From Bugula neritina (lineage: Eukaryota; Animalia; Bryozoa): 11,723 bases of DNA. Below are positions 1 to 10,116 of the stretch, piece by piece. The notes below the pieces were generated by a model. The model searched no databases. It was given only the letters and a program-made list of their open reading frames with translations, and was not told the DNA's origin. Position numbers and translations under genes: made by a program. The first letter of the stretch is position 1; every line of letters begins with the position of its first letter. The stretch covers positions 1 through 11,723 of the forward strand of contig CAXIUT010000266.1 in the NCBI GenBank assembly GCA_964035545.1. Direction: 5' to 3'.

Positions 1-87
1 CCCAACCCCAACCCCAACCCCAACCCCAACCCCAACCCCAACCCCAACCCCAACCCCAACCCCAACCCCAACCCCAACCCCAACCCC
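1..87 (+). repeat. Left telomere, (CCCCAA)n
   Basis: Perfect CCCCAA tandem array from the first base to 87; this is the Tetrahymena-type telomeric repeat, C-strand at the 5' end. Confidence 0.97.
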
Positions 88-126
88 TATCAATCCTTAT
101 TATACTAATTTTCAAAAGTAATAATA

Positions 127-528
127 ATGAACCGTTAGTCCTACCCATGCCAACAACCCCTCCATCTAACAACCCACTCTATCTCTCACTATTCCCATCT
201 AAAAAAATCATCATCTCATAAAACAACAAGACAACCACTTTCAGAAGAAGTCCTCAATCGTAGATAAACACTCCTTCTAAGAACCAGAAAGGCCAGCCTT
301 CAAAAAACAAGCCAATAAAATTTATTTCTTTTCAAAAGAATAAACTCCCAAAGATCAATGGTCAACAGCCTTCGTCCTCAAACAGCAACAACAAAAACAT
401 CAAAAAAACATCTATACTCTACCAACGAAAACATCGACTTAGATAAACTAGACCAAATCATATCCAAGAGAAAAGGAGAGATCGATCGGTGTTTGAAAGT
501 TAAAGCAGTTGGAATGTATGTAGGATGA
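127..528 (+). CDS. Hypothetical protein, 133 aa (TAR=Glu)
   Basis: ATG 39 nt from the telomere after an AT-rich leader; open to TGA at 526-528 (MNRESYPCQQ...SLQKTSQENLFLFKRINSQRS...RPQTA...GMYVG*). No family is securely recognised and the 3' end is uncertain. Confidence 0.6.
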
Positions 529-742
529 GACCCATAAATGAATTGATATTTTTTGGATTTGGTTATTACAGATAGATAGGTTAATAGTAGTTCCTGGATT
601 CTAAAGGACTATCTTTGATATATAGTTCTTGCAAATGCTAGGAAGAGATATAATATTTTCTGAAGAAGAATGGCAGTTGGTCTATCCGCTGCTGTTTAAG
701 AGACAGTTAAAATATCCTATTTTATTTATCTAATCGTTTCAT
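458..742 (-). CDS. Possible small hypothetical protein, 94 aa
   Basis: ATG at 742, TGA at 460-458 (MKRLDKENRIFELSLKQQRIDQLPFFF...LLFSWI*). It starts 52 nt after the AGC kinase stop and fills an otherwise empty gap, but overlaps ORF 127-528 by 71 nt. ORFs of this length arise easily by chance with a single stop codon. Confidence 0.3.
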
Positions 743-794
743 AAATGTTAATCAAAATGCTACTATTATCTTTTGTAAAAACTACATTACAATA

Positions 795-2725
795 TCATTT
801 ATTCTTTTTAAACATAGAATTCAAAGCAGTACTACTTTTGATTCTTTTCAATCCAGTAGATTTCTTGAGATTATGAATAGATTTATCACCTGGCTGTTTT
901 ATTAATGATTTGTCATCTCTTTTCTTTGCTCTTTATATCAAATTCAACTGTTTTTTACTTTTCTGTTTCTTCAATTTCTTTTTAGGTCGCAACTACGATG
1001 TAGGCTACTTATGTCCAATCTAAATATTAAAATGATCTAATTTCTATCTAGACATAGACGATTTAAATCCATTATTCTTTTTTGTAAACTACTTTATCGA
1101 ATTAGATTGCGGCACTTTCAGACTTTTGTTTTATTTTGTACTATCAGATTTGACTGAAGGAAGCGCCTAATCCAATATGTTCATCTCTTAGTATCGATTG
1201 AAATAAAAATCTTAAAACTAATGCTTAAATTACATATCATCTGACATTATCTTTCGAATAAACTACTATCCTCCTTACTATATCTATTACTAGTTTATGT
1301 TAAAAGTCATCAAATTGATCTTAATAGGAGTCTATACCGTTTTGTTTATGATATCTGCAGGTTTTAACTTTCTCACCCAAGGATGACTCAGAATTTATCT
1401 AATACCACCCATCGAACCCAACCTTCTCTTCGGATCTTTTATCAATAAACCCTATAGAAGCATTCTTATTTCATATGAAAGGTCCACATGAGAAGGAAAA
1501 TCTATTTACTAGTTTTGAATAGAGTAGTAAATCTTATCTACATCTCTTGAATAAAAAGGAGGATTTCCTGTTACTAGTTCATACAGAAGTGCTCCTAAAC
1601 AATAGTAGTCAACTGAATAAGAATGTCCTTCTCTGAATCACATCAAAATTACTTAGTTAGCATTTCTGGTGCCATGTATTATGGACTGCCGCAATATGTA
1701 GTTGCAAGTTAGTTTCCTCTGATACCCTAACGGCTTAATCCAAAATCTGCTATTTTGAGATTACCGTGCATATCTATCATAATATTTTAGGGTTTTATGT
1801 CACGGTAGATGATATGCTGGTTGTGAAGATATTGAATGCCTAGAAGTATTTATACAAAACAGTAGCGGGCTTCATCTTCTGTCATTCTTTTTACTTTGCG
1901 GAGATAGTAGAAAAGCTATCCTCCTGGACAATCTACATCAAGAGTTTTTTACATTAGAGAGCAAGTGCCACGAAGTGTTTGGATTCAAAAGCAAATTCGA
2001 GATTTACTATATATGGACTGTTGAGACCTACAAGAATGTTTCTTTAGTTGGTAACAACACATTCCTTTCCACTTTAGAGCAATCCATCTTTTTCCATAAG
2101 TTTTAATGCATAGAAAGTACCTGTACTTTTTAGTCTAACTAAAAAGACTCGACTGAATCCACCTGTTCCTATGCATTTGATGATTTAGAAATCTTACAAA
2201 GTGACTTTCTCAACCATTTTATCTTTCCAAACTGGTTCTATTTCCAACAGTTGTCCTTTGAATTCCTTGATAGGTTTGCTAGTTTGAAAATAGTAGTCTT
2301 TAAGAATATCACCTCTTCCACTACTCTTCCAATTACTTATACTTGCTGGAGAGAAGTCCTTATTGTCTAAGTTAAAAGAGATAAGTACTTAGAATTTAGT
2401 GTTAGAAGCGAGTGATATGAGGTATTACTGTCTCATGTAGATTTTTATTATCACAAGTGGTGATGGGAATAGATATTCTTTTTCCTTTGTAGTTTACTTT
2501 TATTAATATTTCTGGAGGTTTTAGTTCTTATATTTTTTTCTTTACTAGCGTTTTTCCTGTGTTTTTTTTGTTATGAGCGACTGTTTTAGCAGGATGATGG
2601 CTGATTGTTAGTTTAGAATTAGAGCTGCGTAGGTTAGGACTGGAACTACGTTTGTCTTTAGATTTCGAAAGAGATGGTTGACGGTTTGATTATTTAGGAG
2701 CTGATTTTCTACGATTACTTTGCAT
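795..2725 (-). CDS. AGC-family Ser/Thr protein kinase, about 622 aa; exons 2725-2389, 2366-1953, 1932-1653, 1632-795
   Basis: KVTLEDFEIIKCIGTGGFSRV, YALK, NERNIL, LEYCPGGELF, YRDIKPEN, ADFG, TYCGSPEYMAPE, DYYCLG, KDPKRRLG, HPW and a C-tail FEDFYF. Three frame-restoring introns (22, 20, 20 nt); ends in TGA. Confidence 0.95.
1633..1652 (-). other. 20-nt spliceosomal intron (AGC kinase)
   Basis: gtaattttgatgtgattcag; removal joins APEMLTK to EGHSYSVD. Confidence 0.92.
1933..1952 (-). other. 20-nt spliceosomal intron (AGC kinase)
   Basis: gtaaaaaactcttgatgtag; removal gives LEYCPGGELF. Confidence 0.93.
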
Positions 2726-3058
2726 GCTTATAATTTAAAATTAACTTATAAGGGTGACTTAATTTAGTCAAATGATATAAATAAAATAATTGGAATAATA
2801 TGTTTTAAATTGTTTATTTTCATTTAAATTTATTATTTTATCGAAAGAAATGAGATTGAATATAATGTGAAAAATAATATTGATGATAAATACTTTGAAC
2901 ATTTTATTTAAAATATTTCGCTTAAAGTTGTTATTAAAGATTATCTAAAAAATGAAAATGAAAAAAAAAAAAAAATATATAAATATAAATACTATTTTTC
3001 ACTTTGTGATATCAATACAAAATCGTAATAAAAGAGTCTCAATAAAAAGTGAAATTAA

Positions 3059-4220
3059 TCAAAATATATTTTTCTGTGAAGCTATCCTTGGCAATTTGAC
3101 ATATCCATTTGGTGATTGCAATGGAACCTATATTAAAACAAAAGTACCCTCATATGTTCAGCTTTATCATTCTATTTCTCATCTTTATAAAATTTGAATG
3201 GATGCACATTCACTGGTAAATTTTTACTTGATCCGATTTTCTTCAAACTACGAGGATAGTTTTCTCTTGGCGATTCCTCTCTCTAGATATCCTTGATAGT
3301 AACTAGTCTTTTAACCGATTTTGATTCAGGTAGCTGGTTATGTAAATTTTTTAACATCTTTGGACAACGAATTGTATCCAGAAGTTATATTTCTCCCTAC
3401 TAGTAGTTCTACATTTATCTGAATATCTATATCCTAAGTAATTCTTTAGGCATTGGTCTTTGATACATCTTAACCTGAAGACAACTTTTGATCAAATCTG
3501 TCAAATTTTTAGAATAACCCACTGGGATAGGCTCATAGTATCCTAGAGTCACCTTTCTACTCAAACCTGGAAAATCTTTAGCGATAAACGGTGGTCTTAA
3601 AGTTGCCAGTTCGTAGAGTACACAGCCAAATGACCAAACATCAACTCTTCCATCATATTTGGAGTTATTCCAAATTTATGGACTAGTATAGTATGGCGTA
3701 CCTGTTTGTGTTGAAGCATATTTTCCATCAAGAACTTTAGAAACATTGAGGTCTCCTAACTTAGCAATTCCATCGACAAAGAAGATGTTCGCAGGTTTGA
3801 TGTCTCGATGAATGATATGATTTTCATGTAAAATTTTTAGACCTTTCAAGATATCATAGGCTACTTTCCAGATAAAATTTTAACTAAATCTGTGACTTTT
3901 TTATCTTTTACGTTTGATTAGTCCCTAAATAGTGAAAAATATACTGCGAGGTCTCCTCCATCTGCATACTCCATAAGGATGCAGAGAGTATTACCAAATT
4001 ATTCAAAGAAAGCTGTTTTGTATGAGATGATGTTAGGAGAGTCAATGCTGGCTAATAGTCTAACTTCATTGAGTGCATTGTCTTTCTATCTGGCATTGAG
4101 AGTCATCATTTTGATTTGTTTCATGGCGTAGACTTAATCTTGCCTTTTGTTTTTGCGGACTTTAACTACCCTTCCAAAACTACCTGTTCCTAGTTCTTTG
4201 AGAAGCTCAAACTATTTCAT
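3059..4220 (-). CDS. NIMA-related (NEK) kinase with the DLN variant motif, about 373 aa; exons 4220-3945, 3924-3148, 3127-3059
   Basis: LGTGSFGRV, YAMK, EKDNALNEVRLLASI, MEYADGGDL, HRDIKPANIF, KLGDLNVSK, TQTGTPYYTSPEIW, DVWSFGCVLYE, LLDTIRCP. Two 20-nt introns; the second is inferred from intron consensus only. Confidence 0.95.
3925..3944 (-). other. 20-nt spliceosomal intron (NEK kinase)
   Basis: gtatatttttcactatttag; removal joins DGGDLA to GLIKRKR and restores the kinase frame. Confidence 0.92.
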
Positions 4221-4397
4221 AGAAGAATATAATACTATTGTCTATATCTTTGTATATAAATAACAGCTCTCTTTAATCATAGATTTTGATAGGACAATTA
4301 AATGATGCCAGTTGATGGTATGATAGATATAGATAGATGATGTATGAGATGATGATGCAAAAAGGTAAATATAGGTTGATAATAAATAAATTTAGTA

Positions 4398-5690
4398 ATG
4401 TAAAACTTCAGGGTCTTTTAGAACATAATAAAAACAAAGTACTTCTCTTTCTATCGTGCCTAAAACAACCAGAACAAAGAAGGTGTGATAATAAAGAAGT
4501 TGCATAAGGAAAGTACTTGGTAAGATATCCTTAAAAACAAAGACATATCGTTGATGAATCACTCTAAAATATAAGAAATAGCTAATATTCAACAAATAAT
4601 CAAAGACTAGTTCAACTTCTTCTGCGTTTTTCCCAACCTAGAATTCAACCTCTAAAAAGTCATCCGGAGTGAACTCCAAAAAGAAGACATCTTTAAGATA
4701 AGTAGAACCATCATACAGATGGCAGTTCATCTACATTAACATAAATTGGTGCCAAGAGAACTCAGACCATCTTCGCTCTTTGTCACTGCTGATTACCAGT
4801 CTATCAAAATAGCACATTTGGAATCACATTGGAATAGAGATCTCTCTGGCTTGGATCTGGTGGAACTACAAGATCTCAGATATTTATCACCTTAATCTGT
4901 TCTTACTAGCAGAGATATCGATTAAAGATCTACTGTCTTTTCGGTTGGTTTACTTATTGCCTAGTTGATTCTTGGTAGACCTCTGCTTTCATCCAATACA
5001 AAAATGAACTATATCTATGAAATGACTAAGTTGTTTCCTGAGGAATCATTGGAACAGGGACATGGAGAGATGGTATCTAAATCTAAGGTAGGTAGTGAGG
5101 ATGAAACTTTTTAGAGTGTGATGGGACAATTCAACTTCAGTCGTCAATTTATATCTTTGATTCGGGAGATGCTCAAAATAGATAGAAATTAAAGGTTGAT
5201 TATAGACTAATTACTTGAGGCGTTTGATCTTATTGTGGCCAGTGAGTAGGATTTTCTAAAATAGAATTAATAGGAATAAGTTGTAGTTCAATAACCATAA
5301 CCGTAGTAATAAAAAGTAGTGGAATCTGAGCTGATTCAATCAGTATAGATTAATTTTTAGTTTTAAAAAGTAGCAACTCTATCAAACAGCCCTCATATCA
5401 AAGTTCATAACTCGGTTCTTCCAATTTAAAAAAATGTGGACGATGATGCTGTACAGCCAATTATCATTAAACAGTCTAGCAAACCACTGGATAATCAGAA
5501 TCAAGGACAAACTATGCCTATTTCTTTGTTAAAAGATCCAACCAAAATATCGAGAACTACCAAAAGACAAACTATTAGTACTGTTAAAAGACCTCAACTT
5601 ACCAACTATGCCATGAATGAAGGAAGCAGTCTGGGAGTGAAGTTAGGATTCCAACCTACTCTTTTTTCATAAAACGATAATGATTTATGA
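4398..5690 (+). CDS. CMGC (MAK/ICK-like) pseudokinase with an acidic, low-complexity C-terminal tail, about 430 aa
   Basis: Single open frame under TAR=Glu: MENF...VIIKKLHKESTWEDIL...CVFPNLEFNL...HLHEHKLVPRELRPSSLFV...IKIAHLE...RYLSPE...VFSVGLLIAELILGRPLL...LIREMLKIDRNER. Kinase subdomain order is intact but the catalytic motifs are degenerate. Confidence 0.85.
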
Positions 5691-5812
5691 TTCTGATGCT
5701 TTCTACCCATCTATAACTAATACTCCTATTTACTTGAACTACTTTGAATGCTAAAGCTTCAATAAAAACATAAAGGTTGCTCATACAAAGATGGGATATT
5801 AAAGTATAGAGA

Positions 5813-6058
5813 TCAATTTTTGACTTTAAAGGCACTTCCTTCAGTAAGTTTGCATTTTCCTCCAGTTGGCTTGCTGAGGATGTTTTTGCAGTTGTTGCAG
5901 GCTACGACTGTCTGTGCGTGGCTAAAGATAATGGCAGTTTCGTTGCAACCTCCACACTTTACGTCCATGAAGTAGGAGTTGGGTGAGGGAACTAGTCTTT
6001 TAAGTTTGTGTCTTTGCTTTTCGGTCTAGAGAGAAGGATGTAGGAGATCACGGTCCAT
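5813..6058 (-). CDS. RPS27: 40S ribosomal protein S27 (eS27), 81 aa
   Basis: [38 protein letters not shown]...[13 protein letters not shown]...[19 protein letters not shown]4 zinc finger present; one in-frame TAG (6028-6026) at a Glu position; no intron. Confidence 0.98.
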
Positions 6059-6236
6059 TGTTGGTAAGAAATATTAGCAATATTTTATATCAATTAATTA
6101 AAGAATTACTTTTAAACTCAACTCATCACTTTTCCAACCATATCTGATCAGATTCAACCAAATAATCAGATCATATTAATACAATAGTGATGAGAAAGTG
6201 CTATTATCAGTATTGAATAAAGATAGGCAGCAAAAA

Positions 6237-8675
6237 TCACTCATTCATACGAAAACCATACTTATTTTTCAGCAATAAAGATATCTATTACTTACAAGGA
6301 TATGTTTTCTCAATTTTTAACCCGTATTTACTGTATAGTGATATTTGGATTTATTCTTTACATGGAATAGGTTTACGCAAAGGTAATGCGTACTTGCTTT
6401 TCAAACTTATTTATATTTATTATCTGCATGCTCTGTATTCTTTTTCTTGTTTTGGTTAGACTTTATCTAAAGGATGCTAGCTTACTGTATTCTTTTATAA
6501 TACTTATTGTGGCGCTTTTTCATCAGATATTAGCTATTTTTATTCCTTTATTGAATCTTCCTATGGCGTAGCCTACTATTCGAGATTGAATGAAGTTGTA
6601 AGCTAAGGTACTTACTTTTCAATCACATTCAACTCATAAGGTTGACTAGCTTATATTTTTTTATTTGATTTTGCAAAAGACAACCGCTTTTCATCTTGAA
6701 CGAAAGAAGCCATATTAGGTATTTCTCCTGATTCTTAAAAACTCAAGTTTATAGCCACAATACTATTTGCTCTTGGAACTTAGAAATGATTGTTTGGTTC
6801 AACTTATTCTACCTTTTCTTTGTCAGCATTTACCTTCTTAGGAGATCTAGTAGAATTGGTCATCAAAGTGTCAGGTAGTCCATCATCGAAATCTCCATTA
6901 TCTTCTTCTTCTGATTTGTCAGAATCAAGAGGAAGGTCAGGTAGATCAGTATCATCATAGTAGTGATGGTTGGGACCTCCATCTTTTTAGTCAGGAAAAG
7001 GATCTTCTTCTTAGCTTAATACTTATTTGCCTTCTATTTAGTTACCTGCTGTATTGACCATAACATATCTATTTTTTTCTTTGTTTTTATTTTAGCCTCC
7101 TTCTTGGAAAGTTTTAATATCCAATGGTTTAAGAATGTTTTATTAGAAACTACCCCATTTATCATGATTTTTAGGATTTCCTCCTATACTGACATCATAG
7201 AAAGCTCTTTTATTTTTGAAGGTCTACTCTAAATCACTCCAACTAGTGGCTAAATAAAAAAATAATTACAAAAAGCACTATTTTCTTGTGCTTTATTTTT
7301 AACAGTTTATCCAATAAGAAAGATTTGACTTTCAAAACTGATTTTACTATTAGTTTAACTAACATGTGACCTCAAAGTAGAATCAAATTATAATTAATTT
7401 TGAAAAATATTACAAATTTGATGAGACTGCTTAATACCTAAAATAACTAGTTATTTTTGAAAGTTATGAAGAATGTTGTTATTTGGATCTTTTTTCATGA
7501 GACTAAGAGTCTGAGAAATAAATTATTTTGATATAATTTACTAGATAGCTAAAGAATCAAAAGATAGATAATTTTTAACTAATTTGTAAAAATGAATTAG
7601 CTACATACCTAAATATCAATATTATTACGATATTATGAAGCAAATTCTTGAGGAGGATGACTAATAATATACTTTTTAGCCATACATAAAAATTACTAAC
7701 TAATCTTGATATTTTAATTCCCTTAATTCTACTAAATAACTGATTTCTTGATAGGATCATGTATCCTCTGAAAAGCTTATACACAATGCAGCAACTATGT
7801 CTTAATATGTCTGTTATGATGGTATTTTTCAAGAAAGTTAAATAGGAATACATAATTAGCATTATCTGAGGTAATTTTATTCAATAAACTGATATATTTT
7901 GACCTATCATATTTATCTTAATGTTTTGATACTAAAGACTCATAAAATTATCCTAAACTTTAGATAACTGATTATATTTATTACTATTTTTAGAGATTAG
8001 CTATTTATACAAAAAATGATCGAACAAAAGTTGTTTTTTAATTCTAATAGAAATCGTTTTATCCCTATGCTTATAATACTTTAGAGACAAAATCAGACAT
8101 AGAAGGAGAACCAAAATATGTGACTATTATTTTAACTGCATTTTGTTTCAAATAGCTTATCATCTATATTATCAAATAAAGTACTTCTTCAGGTTTGTGG
8201 TAGATAAAAGGTGTAATTAGTTTTGAAAAATAAGCAAGTCCAGTTTCCTATACTTATTCATTTAAGACTTTAAAAATGAAGGTCAAAATTGGATATTATT
8301 GTTCTGTTTGAATAACTTAATCTTCTTGATTATCTTGTTAGAATATTTTTTATGTAAATTATTACGAAAGGTTGCTCAATATTTATATAGCCGCATGGGT
8401 CGTATTCTTATCAAGTATTTTGTTGTTTTTTCGCATAAATAAAACAGGATTGACTGCTATTTCTATCATCTAAAACAAAATATTTCTTCTAGTATCTGCT
8501 ATCAAGCTAAGTAGAAAAGTAAGTACATTTGAGTAAATTTGTTATTTTTGCATTTAACCTATTCGACCAAGCCTTTGACTTGTAACAGGTCTATAGCTGA
8601 GGAATGCTAGTTGAAGAGTTGAATAAAATTGATGCCTGAAGATTATTCAGGTTGTTGACTGCCCCATCTACTCAT
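6237..8675 (-). CDS. SAPS-domain protein (SIT4-associated / PP6 regulatory subunit-like), about 785 aa; exons 8675-8527, 8506-8185, 8163-7629, 7608-7270, 7249-6237
   Basis: MSRW...IDLLQVKGLVEEVKCKNNKF, AAIEILS, ETGLAYFSKLITPFIYHKPEE, SPSMSDFVSKVL, EYRMELI, PNNNILHN, then a long Asp/Glu-rich tail. Motif order matches the SAPS family. Four introns of 20-21 nt; the 21-nt one (8164-8184) is in frame and less certain. Confidence 0.8.
6240..6428 (-). repeat. Three tandem 22-aa (66-nt) coding repeats at the C-terminus of the SAPS protein
   Basis: CREEIEISLKSKYALPLRKPIP / CKEEIQISLYSKYGLKIEKTYP / CKEEISLLLKNKYGFRMNE*. Confidence 0.85.
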
Positions 8676-8755
8676 TCTTGGTTAAATCAATTCGATTATT
8701 ATCTGTTTAAATCAAAAATAAAGTTCTTTCAAATATCTCATAACTTATTTATACC

Positions 8756-9667
8756 ATGTTTTACTCAGGAGTTAAATAGAATCCCTACCCAGATCTTTAA
8801 TAAAAAAAAGAACAAAAAGAATAAAATCCCTACGCCTCCAAAAGTACCCATCCTCTCACCAAGAAGTTGAGCCCTCTCAAGACATCTTCTCCAAACATAA
8901 ATAATCAAGCAATATTAGAAATTCAGTGTTTTTAAAGTAAACTGAAGAATAACAATCAAAGGGTTGCTGTGATAAATGTTGCGCTTGCTTTTCGATCGAT
9001 TATTACAAGGAGCACTTCAAAGTCACCAACAAAATGGTCTTTGATCGCATTAAACTAAACCTCAAATTCTGGTCAGGAGGCTTCTTCTAAGACCTCAAAG
9101 CCGACTATGACCTGTACTACTCTCTTACTTAGCTATGGACCTCTCTGGCTTTATGCTACGATGACTTTTCTTGCCAGTGCAGTCCACAATGTTTTGAAAT
9201 ACAAATCCAATCCTGATACCTTTGAGTATGATTTTCAGGTGATCGGTGTCGCAGGAGGTCTTTTCTTTGTTCTAGGTCTTGTTCTTTCAGCAGTCTATGG
9301 AGCTCTTTTCGGATGCATGGGTCTTAACTGCAAAACAATGCACATCATATGTATCTATGGATACTCGATGTCAAACTATATCATTTGTACTCTTTTATGC
9401 ATCATTGATGTGAGACTGCTTACTTGGATATTGCTCCTATATGCAGCAACAGCAAAGGTAGTTTTTATATTGAAGAATATGTTCGATAAATTAAATGTGC
9501 CAACAAGTAAGAAGATAATGGTGTTGGTGCTGGTCATAGCCTAAGCAGCAATTCAATTTTTAGCAATAAAATTTGCTTTAATAGTCCATCACGATTCAGT
9601 TCAAACGATAACACAGGTAACATCTGGCCATCAGATGTATTTAAGAACTCATGAAGGAATGATATGA
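8756..9667 (+). CDS. Yip1-domain membrane protein (YIPF1/2-like), about 290 aa; exons 8756-8843, 8864-9113, 9133-9667
   Basis: CFSIDYYKEHFKVTNKMVFDRI, then DLYGPLWLYAT (reconstituted across a 19-nt intron), ICIYGYSM, and about five hydrophobic segments; ends in TGA. Confidence 0.92.
9114..9132 (+). other. 19-nt spliceosomal intron (Yip1 gene)
   Basis: gtactactctcttacttag; removal creates the DLYGP signature. Confidence 0.92.
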
Positions 9668-9698
9668 TAAACAATTCATTATAATAAAATCAAATAGA

Positions 9699-10057
9699 TC
9701 AATCTTTTTTTGGACGAATTACCAAAGGAGGATCTTTCTTGTAATTTTAAGGATCTTTTACTGCACGATAAATGTATACTCCGATCACAATGTTGATAAA
9801 TATTATGCTTGGAATTATCGAATAAGCTGTCTTCTAGAGTTCACTCATTCCAGGAACATCTTTTAAGTAGGCTTGACTACCAAGGACCAACAAAATAGGC
9901 AGTCCAATGATCAGAAAAGAAGTCAAAAGGAACTAGAATATCACTTTTTTGGAGGCGAAGGGAAGTCCAAAGCTGAGTGAGTAATGATTTACAAGTAGAA
10001 AGGTTTTTATTTTTATTATTCGAAGGTTCGGACTTGATCAGGCTATGCTGTTGTCAT
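9699..10057 (-). CDS. VMA21-like V-ATPase assembly factor, 112 aa; exons 10057-9993, 9972-9699
   Basis: Small two-TM protein: VIFEFLLTSFLIIGLPILLV...YSIIPSIIFINIVIGVYIYRAVKD...RPKKD*, with a dilysine-like C-terminus. One 20-nt intron. Confidence 0.75.
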
Positions 10058-10116
10058 TATATTATCAACATATCAATTCTGATATTTGACTATATATAAA
10101 TTGTTGATACATATGA

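Noticed and set aside
489-508. Candidate 20-nt intron gtgtttgaaagttaaagcag in the first ORF
   Set aside because: It starts GTG, lacks the pyrimidine at -5, and the resulting frame would run more than 100 nt into the antisense kinase.
526-790. TGA read-through as Trp extending the first ORF (in-frame TGA at 526, 544, 616, 661)
   Set aside because: Conserved Trp residues in the recognisable genes use TGG, no internal TGA is needed in them, and TGA ends RPS27 and the VMA21-like gene at the expected positions.
5343-5360. Candidate 18-nt intron gtatagattaatttttag
   Set aside because: It is in frame and not required, lacks the -6 A, and reads plausibly as VEINFE.
795-10057. Programmed ribosomal frameshifting or pseudogenisation as the cause of frame breaks
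   Set aside because: Every frame change in the recognised genes is resolved by a consensus GTA..AYNNAG intron of 19-22 nt.
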